32,000 bases of DNA from Paracoccus suum (GCF_003324675.1 NZ_CP030918.1:1050001-1082000); one strand, 5' to 3'. Shown: positions 16,925-25,667, counted from the stretch's first letter. The notes: generated from the letters alone by a model not told the origin. A program made the numbers and translations.

Positions 16925-16959
16925 AAAGGCCCCCTCCGGTAGCGCCGGCGGGGGCCTTT
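16925..16959. terminator. Bidirectional intrinsic terminator hairpin between the DUF1127 gene (+) and prmA (-)
   Basis: AAAGGCCCCC (16925-16934) pairs with GGGGGCCTTT (16950-16959). The 15-nt spacer contains its own TCCGG/CCGG pairing. An A-run and a T-run flank the stem on either side, so it can act on both strands. Confidence 0.65.
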
Positions 16960-16997
16960 CTGTATCTGCGGATAGGCTAGGCCGAAGGGGGCGCGGC

Positions 16998-17870
16998 TCA
17001 GCGGCGCATCACCAGCGTCGACCATTCGCCCAGATCGCCACGATGCTCCAGCGTAAAGCCCTGCGTCTCGTAGGCCGCCACGACCTCGGCTGCCTGGTCG
17101 GTCAGAAGGCCGCTGAGGATGGCGCGGCCGCCGGGAGTGATGTGCCTGGCCATATCGGGCGCCAGATCGATCAGTGGCTGCTTGAGGATATTGGCGGTCA
17201 CCAGATCGAACGGCGCGCTGTCGGCCAGCATCGGGTGCGAAAAGCCGACCGCCTCGATGCATTCGACCCGGCCGGCAAGGCCGTTGGCGATGACATTCGC
17301 CGCCGCGGTGTCTACCGCGACGGGGTCGTTGTCCGAGGCCAGGACGATATGCTGCGGCCAGAGGCGCGCGGCGGCCATCGCCAGAACCGCGGTACCGCAT
17401 CCGATATCCACCATGCGCACCGGCTGCACGCCGTCTCGCGCCAACTGGTCGAGCGCCAGCAGGCAGCCGCGCGTGGTGCCGTGGTGACCCGTGCCGAAGG
17501 CCATGGCAGCCTCGATCAGCAGCGGCTCGCTGTCCTCGGGGATCCGATCGGCGTCATGTGCGCCATAGACAAAGAAACGGCCCGCCCGCACCGGCGTCAG
17601 CTCGCGCCTTACATGTGCGACCCAGTCAACCTCGGGCAGTTCAGACACCGCGAACGGTTGTGCGCCCGATGCGGCGGCGAGCAACGCCAAGGCAATCTCG
17701 TCCGGTGCCTCGGTGAAATAGAGCCCAACCTCCCATCGGTCGCTGCCGTCCTCGATCTCGAAGACGCCGCTGCCCGCGGGCTCGGGATCCAGGACCTCGT
17801 CGGCATGGGCGGCAAGCGCCTCGGCCGCGGCGCGGCTGGCAACATGAGTCAGGGCGGACCAGGTGGTCAT
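16998..17870 (-). CDS. prmA: Ribosomal protein L11 methyltransferase PrmA
   Basis: Track ORF trimmed to the ATG at 17868-17870 (MTTWSALTHV...), an ATGA overlap with the msrA stop. 290 aa. Motifs AMAFGTGHHGTTRGCL and VDIGCGTAVLAMAAA (SAM-binding motif), then ...ASDNDPVAV...VTANIL. Confidence 0.9.
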   Translation of the reverse strand: MTTWSALTHVASRAAAEALAAHADEVLDPEPAGSGVFEIEDGSDRWEVGLYFTEAPDEIALALLAAASGAQPFAVSELPEVDWVAHVRRELTPVRAGRFFVYGAHDADRIPEDSEPLLIEAAMAFGTGHHGTTRGCLLALDQLARDGVQPVRMVDIGCGTAVLAMAAARLWPQHIVLASDNDPVAVDTAAANVIANGLAGRVECIEAVGFSHPMLADSAPFDLVTANILKQPLIDLAPDMARHITPGGRAILSGLLTDQAAEVVAAYETQGFTLEHRGDLGEWSTLVMRR

Positions 17871-18490
17871 CAGACGGGCTCGTGCGGCTCGGGCATCGAG
17901 GCTTCGACCCCGGTGCCGCGCAGGTTGCAATAACCATCAGGGATCTTGTGCAGATACTGCTGGTGCGCCTCGTGCGCGGGAAAGAACTGCGGCGCGGGGG
18001 CGATCTGGGTGGTGATCCGGCCCTTGCCCGCGACCGCGAGGCGGTTGTCGTAGTCGATCCTGGACGCCTCGGCCTGGGCCGCCTGTGTGTCGGTATAGGT
18101 AAAGATCACGCTGCGATACTGATCGCCGATGTCGTTGCCCTGGCGGTTGCCCTGGGTCGGGTCGTGGTTCTCCCAGAACATCTTCAGCAGCTTTTCGTAG
18201 CTGACGCGCGAGGGGTCAAAGACGATATGCACGACCTCGGCATGGCCGGTGCGGCCGCTGCACACCTGCTCGTAGGTCGGGCTGGCGACCTGGCCACCGG
18301 CGAAGCCGACCTGGGTCATCCAGACGCCGTCCACGTCCCAGAAAAGCCGCTCGACCCCCCAGTAGCAGCCCATGCCGAATAGCGCCTCCTCGAAGCCGTG
18401 GGGCACCTCGGCATCGATCGGGCGGTTGAAGATCGGGTGAACCGGGGCGCCTTCGGGCCAGGGGTTCGAGGTGCTGCGGGTGTTGTCCAT
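17870..18490 (-). CDS. msrA: Peptide-methionine (S)-S-oxide reductase MsrA
   Basis: 206 aa. Active-site motif ALFGMGCYWGVERLFW, then GFAGG...PTYEQVCSGRTGHAEVV.I.FDP..VSYE.LL..FWENHDPTQGNRQGND.G.QYRS. Confidence 0.96.
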   Translation of the reverse strand: MDNTRSTSNPWPEGAPVHPIFNRPIDAEVPHGFEEALFGMGCYWGVERLFWDVDGVWMTQVGFAGGQVASPTYEQVCSGRTGHAEVVHIVFDPSRVSYEKLLKMFWENHDPTQGNRQGNDIGDQYRSVIFTYTDTQAAQAEASRIDYDNRLAVAGKGRITTQIAPAPQFFPAHEAHQQYLHKIPDGYCNLRGTGVEASMPEPHEPV

Positions 18491-18604
18491 GGCGGCTTTC
18501 CTTTATTGTTGCCGACGGCGCGTCGAGCGGGCGGCATTCAACGGCGATAACGCCGCTGTCGTGACGGCGGTTCAGCTTGTGCGGCGGGCATCCGGGGGCT
18601 GGAT

Positions 18605-19018
18605 TCAGCCGCCCGACATCTCGATCACAACGTCCCATTCCTCGTCGGTCACCGGCTGCACCGACAGGCGCGAGTTGTTGACGAGGACCATGTTTTTCAA
18701 GCGCGGCTCGGCCTTGCAATCGGCCAGCGAGACCGGATTTTTCAGCGGCTTCACCGCGCGAACATCGACGCATTGCCACTTGGGGTCATCGGCGGTGCTG
18801 TCGGGATGCGCCTCGGCGATCACCTCCAGGATACCGACCACGGCCTTGCCCTCGTTCGAGTGATAGAAAAAGCCGCGCTCGCCCTTTTTCATGGCCAACA
18901 TGTTGTTTCGGGCCTGAAAGCTGCGCACGCCATCCCACTGCTCGCCAGCCTTGCCGCGTGCGACGAGGTCGTCCCAGCCAAAGGTGTCGGGCTCGGATTT
19001 CAGCAGCCAGTGCGCCAT
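18605..19018 (-). CDS. EVE domain (PUA-like fold) protein
   Basis: Track ORF trimmed to the ATG at 19016-19018 (MAHWLLKSEPDTFGWDDL...WDGVRSFQARNNMLAMKKGERGFFYHSNEGKAVVGILEV...), the typical EVE/DUF55 N-terminal signature (WL.K.EP......L......W.GVRN.QARN....M..GD...FYHS). ATGA overlap with the yciI stop. 137 aa. Confidence 0.85.
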   Translation of the reverse strand: MAHWLLKSEPDTFGWDDLVARGKAGEQWDGVRSFQARNNMLAMKKGERGFFYHSNEGKAVVGILEVIAEAHPDSTADDPKWQCVDVRAVKPLKNPVSLADCKAEPRLKNMVLVNNSRLSVQPVTDEEWDVVIEMSGG

Positions 19019-19290
19019 CAGCCGATCACCTTTTTCCATTCGATCACCTCGACGGTGTCGAAAAGCCCGGCCGCGAGGTACGGATCGCCCGCCGACCAGG
19101 CCTTGGCTGAGGCCAGCTCCGTCGCCTCGACGATCACCAGAGAGCCGCGCATCTCGCCCGACTGCATCAGCGGGCCGGCCATCACGACGATCCCGGTCTC
19201 GGCAATATAGTCGAGATGCGCCTGCCGGTTATCGAGGCGGGTTTGCAGCGCGTCGGCGCGGTCCTTGCAGATGATCGCATAGAGGGGCAT
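19018..19290 (-). CDS. YciI family protein
   Basis: 90 aa from the ATG at 19288-19290 (MPLYAIICKDRADALQTRLDNRQAHLDYI...AGPL......GSLVIVEA..L..A...S..DPY..AGLF..VEI..WK). AGGAAA lies 5 nt upstream. The alternative ATG at 19303-19305 would overlap the gpsA stop (ATGA). Confidence 0.82.
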   Translation of the reverse strand: MPLYAIICKDRADALQTRLDNRQAHLDYIAETGIVVMAGPLMQSGEMRGSLVIVEATELASAKAWSAGDPYLAAGLFDTVEVIEWKKVIG

Positions 19291-19301
19291 CGGATTTCCT
19301 T

Positions 19302-20249
19302 TCATTCCTCGCGCAGAGGGCGGTTCAGCAGGGTTGCCAGGGCGGCGGCAATCGTGGTTCGGCCTTCGGACAGGGCCGCGACCTGAGAGGCGACCGGCAT
19401 TTCGACATCCACCCGTGGGGCGAGGCGGGCAACCGCGCGGGCGGTGGCCGCGCCCTCGACCGTGACCCCGGCATCGAACGTCTGGCCGCGTCCCAGGGAG
19501 AGGCCATAGCGGAAGTTGCGCGACTGATCCGAGGTCGAGGTCAAGATCAGATCCCCGAGGCCGGAGAGGCCGACCAGCGTTTCCGCCTCGGCCCCGAGAC
19601 GAGTGGCAAGGCGCGTCATCTCGGCGAAGCCGCGGGTGACGATGGCGGCACGGGCGCTGTCGCCAAAGCCTGCGCCGATGGCCGCACCCGCCGCGATGGC
19701 GATGACGTTCTTCAGCGCGCCGCCGAGTTCGGCGCCGGTGACGTCGGCGGTTCGGTAAAGCCGCAGCGTGGGCGTGGCGAGCGCATGCTGGATCGCCTCG
19801 GCCTGCGGGTCGGCGCAGGCCAGCGTCAGTGCGGTCGGTAGCCCGCGGGCAATATCCGCAGCAAAGCTGGGGCCGGTAAGGACCGCTATGACCGCGCCGG
19901 GGCAGGCGCGGGCGATGCTGCGGCTGGGTCCCTCGAGCGTTTCGAGGTCGATCCCCTTGGCTGTCGAGACGAGCGCCCCGGACAGCGCCGGGCCATGCTG
20001 CGACAGGAACGGCCGCAGGGCCTGCGCCGGCAGGGCGAGCAGGGTAATCGGTGCGGTGGCTTGGGCCAGGTCGGTCGTGACGGTCAGGCCGGCATCATCG
20101 GTCCGGGGCTTTTCGGTCAAATCCGCACCAGCCGGCCAGCGCGGCGGGTTGCGACCCCACAGCACCACGCGGCGCGTCGGGGCGAGGGCGAGCGCCAAGG
20201 CGCTGCCGAACGCGCCCGCGCCGACGATGGCGATGTCGGGTCCGCTCAT
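19302..20249 (-). CDS. gpsA: NAD(P)H-dependent glycerol-3-phosphate dehydrogenase GpsA
   Basis: Track ORF 19302..20399 trimmed to the ATG at 20247-20249 ([23 protein letters not shown], Rossmann GxGxxG). Downstream motifs [27 protein letters not shown]...G..LG.G. ATGA overlap with the tsaD stop. 315 aa. Confidence 0.93.
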   Translation of the reverse strand: MSGPDIAIVGAGAFGSALALALAPTRRVVLWGRNPPRWPAGADLTEKPRTDDAGLTVTTDLAQATAPITLLALPAQALRPFLSQHGPALSGALVSTAKGIDLETLEGPSRSIARACPGAVIAVLTGPSFAADIARGLPTALTLACADPQAEAIQHALATPTLRLYRTADVTGAELGGALKNVIAIAAGAAIGAGFGDSARAAIVTRGFAEMTRLATRLGAEAETLVGLSGLGDLILTSTSDQSRNFRYGLSLGRGQTFDAGVTVEGAATARAVARLAPRVDVEMPVASQVAALSEGRTTIAAALATLLNRPLREE

Positions 20250-21307
20250 GCCTTGGCCCCGCGCTTGCCGCTGCCGAGCATGGGCGCCGCGTTGCTGTCC
20301 AGTGGCCAGCGGGGGCGGGCGATGATCGGTTCTGGGGGCATGCCAGCGGACAGTTGTTCGATCCCCGCCCAGGCGATCATCGCGGCGTTGTCGGTACAAA
20401 GCTGCAGGGGCGGCGCGACAAAAGTCGCCCCGGCAGCCTGCGCCACCTGCTGCAGCGCGGCGCGGATCGCACCGTTGGCGGCCACCCCCCCCGCGACCGC
20501 GAACGTGGGGGCGGGCGATAGAGCCAGCGCGCGGGCGGTCTTGGCAGCCAGCACCTCGACCACTGCCGCTTGAAAACCGGCGCAGATATCGGCGCGGTCC
20601 TGCGGGGTCAGCCCGCCCTTCGCCCCGACCAGATCGTCGCGCAGCCGCAGCACCGCGGTTTTCAGGCCCGAAAAGCTCATCTCGCAGCCGGGGCGGTCCA
20701 GCAGCGGGCGGGGCAGGGCAAAGCGGCGGGGATCGCCGCGCAGCGCTTCCGCCTCGACCGTAGGGCCACCGGGTTGGGCAAGGCCCAGCAACTTGGCGAC
20801 CTTGTCAAAGGCTTCGCCCGGCGCATCGTCGATGGTCCCGCCGAGGCGGCGGAAACCGTCCGGCCCCTCGACCGCCAGGAACTGGCAATGCCCCCCGCTG
20901 ACCAGCAGCATCAGGTAGGGAAAGGGCACGCCATCGGTCAGGCGCGGGGTCAGCGCATGGCCGGCCAGGTGGTTGATGCCGATCAGCGGCAGGCCGGTCG
21001 CCGCGGCAAGGCCGCGCGCCAACATTACCCCCGACAGCACCCCGCCGATCAGCCCCGGTCCGGCGGTGACCGCGATGGCATCCAGATCGCGCAGGTGGGT
21101 GTCGGCCGTCGCCAGCGCAGCCTCCACGCAATGGTCCAGACGCTCGGCATGGGCGCGGGCCGCAATCTCGGGCACGACGCCGCCAAAGGCTGCGTGCAGC
21201 CCGGTCTGGCCCTCGACGACCGAGGCCAGCACCGTCCGGTCGCCGCGGACCACGGCGGCGGCGCTGTCGTCGCAGCTGCTCTCGATGCCGAGGACGGTCA
21301 GGGGCAT
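20246..21307 (-). CDS. tsaD: tRNA N6-adenosine threonylcarbamoyltransferase TsaD (Gcp/Kae1 family)
   Basis: Track ORF 20246..22879 (877 aa) trimmed to the ATG at 21305-21307: [20 protein letters not shown]..., [106 protein letters not shown]. 353 aa. The upstream 524 codons of the track ORF are Arg/Gly-rich and antisense to hemD/mic60. Confidence 0.95.
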   Translation of the reverse strand: MPLTVLGIESSCDDSAAAVVRGDRTVLASVVEGQTGLHAAFGGVVPEIAARAHAERLDHCVEAALATADTHLRDLDAIAVTAGPGLIGGVLSGVMLARGLAAATGLPLIGINHLAGHALTPRLTDGVPFPYLMLLVSGGHCQFLAVEGPDGFRRLGGTIDDAPGEAFDKVAKLLGLAQPGGPTVEAEALRGDPRRFALPRPLLDRPGCEMSFSGLKTAVLRLRDDLVGAKGGLTPQDRADICAGFQAAVVEVLAAKTARALALSPAPTFAVAGGVAANGAIRAALQQVAQAAGATFVAPPLQLCTDNAAMIAWAGIEQLSAGMPPEPIIARPRWPLDSNAAPMLGSGKRGAKA

Positions 21308-21382
21308 GTTGCGGGGCCGGGGATGCTGGGGCAAGGAAAGGGCGAGGGTGCGCACCGCTAGCATCGCCACGGAGGGCAGACA

Positions 21383-22108
21383 ATGGAGGCGTCGATTCAG
21401 CCGGTGCTGCTGCTGACACGCCCCGCCGTGGCGGCGGCGCGGTTCGCGGCGGAGGTGGCGTCCGTCCTGCCCGATCTGCCGGTCGTGATCGCGCCGCTGA
21501 TGCGGCCGGTTCCCGTCGCCCATGACAGTGCCCGCCTGCGAACGGCACCGGGCTTGGTTCTGACCTCGCCCGAGGCGGTGCCGGCCTGCGGGCCAGGCCA
21601 TGGCCGACTGGCGCTGTGCGTGGGCGAGGGGACCGGGGCCGCGGCCCGCGCCGCCGGCTTTCAGGTGCAGATCGGCACGACCGGCGAGGCGAGCGGGCTG
21701 CTGCCCCTGATTGCCGCCAGCCCCGTGCCCTTGATCCATGCGCATGGCCGCCACGTCGCGCGCGTGCTGCCAGTGCCGGGGATGGTCGTCTATGAACAGC
21801 AGCCGCAACCGCTGGATCCGGCTGCACGCAGGCTGCTGGCGGGGCCGGCGCCGGTGCTGTGGCCGCTGTTCTCGCCCCGCTCGGCCAGTCTGGCGGCAGC
21901 CGCGGCCGAGGGCGCGCGGGCGTCGCTGTGGGTGATCGCCATCAGTTCTGCCGCCGCCGCGGCCTGGGGCGCGGCCGGCGGGACCGGCACGCCGTTGGTT
22001 TCTGATCGGCCCGATGCCGCAGGCATGCTGCGCGCGATCCGCGCGGCGGTTAGGCAGGCGGAACAAAGCCCCGAAAGCCGGGTTGAGGCCGCGCGTCGGC
22101 CCTCGTAG
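21383..22108 (+). CDS. hemD: Uroporphyrinogen-III synthase HemD (divergent, low-complexity)
   Basis: 241 aa. GGAGGG lies 7 nt upstream of the ATG. N-terminal VLLLTRP......FA, then LTSPEAV...G..A.CVGE.T..AAR.AGF and FSPRSA repeats of the two-lobed HemD pattern. The position upstream of the mitofilin-like and hemY-like genes matches the known alphaproteobacterial arrangement. The sequence is weakly conserved, so the call leans on context. Confidence 0.7.
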   Translation: MEASIQPVLLLTRPAVAAARFAAEVASVLPDLPVVIAPLMRPVPVAHDSARLRTAPGLVLTSPEAVPACGPGHGRLALCVGEGTGAAARAAGFQVQIGTTGEASGLLPLIAASPVPLIHAHGRHVARVLPVPGMVVYEQQPQPLDPAARRLLAGPAPVLWPLFSPRSASLAAAAAEGARASLWVIAISSAAAAAWGAAGGTGTPLVSDRPDAAGMLRAIRAAVRQAEQSPESRVEAARRPS

Positions 22109-22162
22109 ATTGTGCCCGCGGAAATGGCCGGCAACGGCAGGGCAGGCACGGGGAGCGTGTAG

Positions 22163-23764
22163 ATGACGGATCAGGGCAGCCCACGGGACGATCAGGACCC
22201 CCGCCCCCTGCCAGCGCAGGACGAGGTGATTGTCGTCCGCGATCTGAGCGCTGACACCCCCGCCGACGCGAATGATGAAGAACCCGACCATCCGAAAATT
22301 GACTCCAGCCTGCTCGGCAGCGGTGATCTGCCTGCGGCCGAACGTCGCGAGATGCCGGACGCGGAACGCGCCGATCTGGGTGCCCCCGAGGCCGACCGCC
22401 CCGATGTGACCGTGCTGCGCGATCTGGAGGACCTGCCTGAATCCGTCGAGGTGGAGGAAGCACAGGTGGCAGACACCGCCCCGGTGTTTCCGCGCACCGA
22501 CGCCCAAGTATCCTCCCGCGCGGAGCCCGCGCCCGTCGCGCCCGCCCCGGCGCGGCGCGGCGGATTCTGGCCCTTGGTCCTTGGCGGGGCGGTTGCCGCC
22601 GCGCTCGGCGCCGGTGCTGCATGGTGGGTCATACCCAATCTGCCCGAGGGCATGCGCCCCGGTGCCGCCGTCCCGGCCAATGCCCCCGGTCTGACGCCGG
22701 AGGTTGAGGCCGCGGCCCGCAGTGCCGCGACCGAGGCGGCCCGGGCCGAGGTAGCCGCCCAGACCGAAACGCTCACTGCCGAAGCCCGCCGCGCTGCCAC
22801 CGAGGCGACCGAGGCTGCGCTCGCAGCGGCCCCCGCGCCCGACGTGGCTCCCGCGCCCGAAGCGGCCGCGCTCGACCAACTGACCCAGCGGATCGCAACG
22901 CTGGAGAAGGCGGCAAAGTCTCCTGCGCCCGCGCCGATCGATACCAAGGCCCTGACCGACCGGATCGCCGCCCTTGAGGCCCGCCCCGCTGCGCCCTCGC
23001 CGCAGAACCCCAGCACTGCCACGGCGCCAGCCACCCCAGCCGCCGCCCCGCGGCCCGACCGCCTGGCCGAGCTGCAGGCCGCGCTGGCCGATCAGGCCAA
23101 GCGCATCGAGGAACTTGCTGCCCGCCCGACGGTCGATCCGGCCGAGGCCAAGGCGCTGGCCGAGTGGCGTAACGAAGCCGAGGCGACGCGCAAGGCCATT
23201 GCGGAGGCCGCGGCCGGCGCCGAGACGCGGCTGAAGGACATGCAGGCCGAAGCGGACACGCTGGCCGGCAAGGTCGCGGACGTCTCGCGCAAGGCCGAGG
23301 GCGCGGCCGCCATCGCTGCGCTCGAGGGCGCACTGACCTCAGGCGGGGACGGCACCAGTGCTGCGGCGCAGCTGCAAGCGGCAGGCGTCCGGCCGCCCGC
23401 GCCACTGACTGTCCCGCTCCCCGCGTTGACCGATCTGCAGCGCGATTTCCCGAACGCGGCGCGCGCTGGCCTGCGCGCCTCGCTGAAGACCGAAGCCTCG
23501 CAAAGGGGCGCCGGCACCGGCCTTGCCAATTTCCTGCGCGCCCAGACGGGCGCCCGCTCGGTCACGCCCCGTGCCGGCACGGACCCCGACGCCGTTCTGT
23601 CGCGGGCCGGCGCAGCAGTGGAGAAAGGCGACATTGCCGCCGCGCTGAGCGAGATCGCGGCCTTGCCCGAACCCGCGCAGGCGGCGATGTCCAGTTGGGT
23701 TGCCCCGGCCAAAGCTTGGGTGGCCGCGCGCCGGGCGCTGGACACCCTGAAGACCACCCCGTGA
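22163..23764 (+). CDS. mic60: Alphaproteobacterial Mic60/mitofilin homologue (acidic N-terminal region, one TM, Ala-rich coiled coils, C-terminal mitofilin-like domain)
   Basis: 533 aa. [27 protein letters not shown] (about nt 22558-22635). Long coiled-coil region (...[16 protein letters not shown]...[20 protein letters not shown]...[25 protein letters not shown]). C-terminal [53 protein letters not shown] fits the mitofilin signature pattern (L.RA.....GDl..A..El..L......  ..W...A......). Flanked by hemD and hemY-like. Confidence 0.8.
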   Translation: MTDQGSPRDDQDPRPLPAQDEVIVVRDLSADTPADANDEEPDHPKIDSSLLGSGDLPAAERREMPDAERADLGAPEADRPDVTVLRDLEDLPESVEVEEAQVADTAPVFPRTDAQVSSRAEPAPVAPAPARRGGFWPLVLGGAVAAALGAGAAWWVIPNLPEGMRPGAAVPANAPGLTPEVEAAARSAATEAARAEVAAQTETLTAEARRAATEATEAALAAAPAPDVAPAPEAAALDQLTQRIATLEKAAKSPAPAPIDTKALTDRIAALEARPAAPSPQNPSTATAPATPAAAPRPDRLAELQAALADQAKRIEELAARPTVDPAEAKALAEWRNEAEATRKAIAEAAAGAETRLKDMQAEADTLAGKVADVSRKAEGAAAIAALEGALTSGGDGTSAAAQLQAAGVRPPAPLTVPLPALTDLQRDFPNAARAGLRASLKTEASQRGAGTGLANFLRAQTGARSVTPRAGTDPDAVLSRAGAAVEKGDIAAALSEIAALPEPAQAAMSSWVAPAKAWVAARRALDTLKTTP

Positions 23765-23774
23765 GGAACATCGC

Positions 23775-25418
23775 ATGATCCTGTCCCTGCTCAAGATCCT
23801 GCTTTTCTTCGCGGTGGTCCTGGCCCTCGCGCTGGGCGCGCAACACTTGGCCCAGACCGGCCAGCCGTTACAGCTTGTGTTCAACGGTACCGAATACACT
23901 CTCGGGCCGGTGCAGGCCGTCGCGGCGGGGCTGGCGCTGCTGGTACTGGCTTGGCTGGTGATGAAGCTGCTGGGCTTTTTGCTGGCCATGCTGCGCTTTG
24001 TGCTGGGCGATCAGACCGCCATCAACCGCTGGTTTGACCGCTCGCGCGAGCGCAAGGGATATGCCGCCCTGTCCGAGGGGATGCTCGCCGTCGCCTCGGG
24101 CGAGGGGCGGCTGGCGCAGGATCAGGCTGCCCGCGCTGCCAAGTTCCTCGACCGGCCCGAGATCACTGACCTGCTCGCTGCGCAGGCGGCCGAGGTCGCC
24201 GGCGATGTCGATGCGGCCGGCGCGGCGTATCGTCGGATGCTTGGCGATCAGCGCACCCGCTTCGTCGGCGTGCGCGGCTTGATGCGCCAGCGGCTGGCGC
24301 TGGGCGATACCGCCACCGCGCTGCGACTGGCCGAAAAGGCCTACGCACTGAAACCGCGGCATCAGGAAATGCAGGATCAACTGCTGTCGCTTCAGGCCAA
24401 GGCCGGCGACTGGAAGGGCGCGCGGGGCGTTCTGAAGGACAAGCGCCGCCAGGGCCAGATCCCGGCCGATCTGCACATCCGCCGCGATGCCGTCCTCGCC
24501 CTTCAGGAGGCGCGCGAGGTGCTGGCGCAAGGCAATTCGATCAGCGCCCGCGAGGCCGCGATCAGCGCCAACCGCGCCTCGCCCGACCTGATTCCGGCCG
24601 CTGTGCTGGCTGCGCGCAGCTATATTGGCCAGAAGGACTATCGCAACGCTGCGCGGGTTCTGGAAAAGACTTGGTCCTATCGCCCGCACCCCTCCCTCGC
24701 TGCGGTCTATGCCGAGATCATGCCGGACGAGACGGCGGCCCAGCGCCTCAAGCGGTTCGAGGGGCTGATGAAGCAGCGCCCGGATGATCCGGAGACCCGA
24801 TTGCTGCGGGCCGAACTCGCCCTCGCCGCCGAGGATTTTCCGGGTGCGCGCCGCGCGCTGGGCAACCTCGCCGAATCCGATCCGACGGTGCGTTCGCTCT
24901 CGCTCATGGCCGCGGTCGAGAGGGGCGAAGGTGCTGATGACAGTGTGGTGCGCGGCTGGCTCGCCAAGGCCCTGACCGCCGATCGCGGGCCGCAGTGGAT
25001 CTGCGACAACTGCCAGAACATCATGGCCGACTGGGCCCCGGTCTGCGACAGCTGCGGCGCCTTCGATACGCTGTCCTGGCGCAAGGCGCCGCACAGCTTG
25101 ACCGCCGCGAGCCCGAATGGGGTCGAGTTGCTGCCGCTGCTGGTGGGGACCCCCAATCCATCGCCGCAACCCGCGGAACCGGGTGCGGCGCCGATGCCCG
25201 CCGCGGCTCTGGCCACCCAAGTGGTGACTGAAAGGGTGTCGCAGACCGCGACCCGCCGCGAGCCTGACGTCGCACCCGGCATGGTGCCGCGCGAAATCGA
25301 TTACGCGCGGGTCGAGCCGTCGCGCACCGTGACCGAGCCAGAGCCGCCGCAGACCATCGTCGAGGTCATCCCGGTGCGTCCCGATGTTGAGCCGCCCGAG
25401 CCGGCGGAGCGGCCCTGA
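23775..25418 (+). CDS. hemY: HemY-like protein (HemY_N membrane anchor, TPR region, C-terminal 4-Cys zinc ribbon, Pro-rich tail)
   Basis: 547 aa. Two N-terminal TM helices (MILSLLKILLFFAVVLALALGAQHL...VAAGLALLVLAWLVMKLLGFLLAML), then a HAMP-less linker and TPR-like repeats (AAKFLDRPEITDLLAAQAAEVAGDVDAAGAAYRRML...ALRLAEKAYALKPRH...). Zinc-ribbon motif WICDNCQNIMADWAPVCDSCGAFDTLSW. Confidence 0.85.
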   Translation: MILSLLKILLFFAVVLALALGAQHLAQTGQPLQLVFNGTEYTLGPVQAVAAGLALLVLAWLVMKLLGFLLAMLRFVLGDQTAINRWFDRSRERKGYAALSEGMLAVASGEGRLAQDQAARAAKFLDRPEITDLLAAQAAEVAGDVDAAGAAYRRMLGDQRTRFVGVRGLMRQRLALGDTATALRLAEKAYALKPRHQEMQDQLLSLQAKAGDWKGARGVLKDKRRQGQIPADLHIRRDAVLALQEAREVLAQGNSISAREAAISANRASPDLIPAAVLAARSYIGQKDYRNAARVLEKTWSYRPHPSLAAVYAEIMPDETAAQRLKRFEGLMKQRPDDPETRLLRAELALAAEDFPGARRALGNLAESDPTVRSLSLMAAVERGEGADDSVVRGWLAKALTADRGPQWICDNCQNIMADWAPVCDSCGAFDTLSWRKAPHSLTAASPNGVELLPLLVGTPNPSPQPAEPGAAPMPAAALATQVVTERVSQTATRREPDVAPGMVPREIDYARVEPSRTVTEPEPPQTIVEVIPVRPDVEPPEPAERP

Positions 25419-25434
25419 TTTCCACTTTTCCCTC

Positions 25435-25458
25435 GCGCCGGAACCTGCTATCCGGCGC
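25435..25458 (+). terminator. Candidate terminator hairpin downstream of the hemY-like gene
   Basis: GCGCCGGA (25435-25442), loop acctgcta, TCCGGCGC (25451-25458): a perfect 8-bp GC-rich stem 17 nt after the stop. No U-tract follows, so it may be a weak or factor-assisted terminator, or only a structural element. Confidence 0.35.
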
Positions 25459-25492
25459 GGCACCTGCCGGGGCCTAACCCCCAGGCATCGGG

Positions 25493-25568
25493 GCCGCAGT
25501 AGCTCAGCTGGTAGAGCACATCATTCGTAATGATGGGGTCGGGGGTTCGAGTCCCTTCTGCGGCACCA
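25493..25568 (+). tRNA. tRNA-Thr, anticodon CGU, with encoded CCA
   Basis: Manual cloverleaf. Acceptor GCCGCAG/CTGCGGC. D-arm GCTC-AGCTGGTA-GAGC. Anticodon arm CATCA-TTCGTAA-TGATG (anticodon CGT at the loop centre). Variable loop GGGTC. T-arm GGGGG-TTCGAGT-CCCTT (two G-U pairs). Discriminator A, then CCA. 76 nt. Closely resembles E. coli tRNA-Thr(CGU). Confidence 0.93.
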
Positions 25569-25667
25569 CTAATCCAGGCCTCGGATGGCTCGCCGGGCCG
25601 CCCCGTTACCGTCCATTGACCCGCAGGCACCCGAGGCTTACCTGTCCGCCCGCAAGCGGAGGGCGCG

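Noticed and set aside
21308-22879. N-terminal 524 codons of the 877-aa minus-strand ORF 20246..22879. If real, this would make a giant TsaD fusion.
   Set aside because: The extension is Arg/Gly-rich nonsense, antisense to the well-supported hemD and mic60 genes. TsaD begins with the canonical [14 protein letters not shown] at the ATG at 21307.
25419-25667. tRNA-Thr as a possible integration hotspot (genomic island or prophage att site).
   Set aside because: Both flanks are housekeeping genes (hemY-like, the RNase D-like gene, kdsD). There is no integrase and no direct repeat of the tRNA 3' end nearby. The GC content is uniform with the rest of the window.
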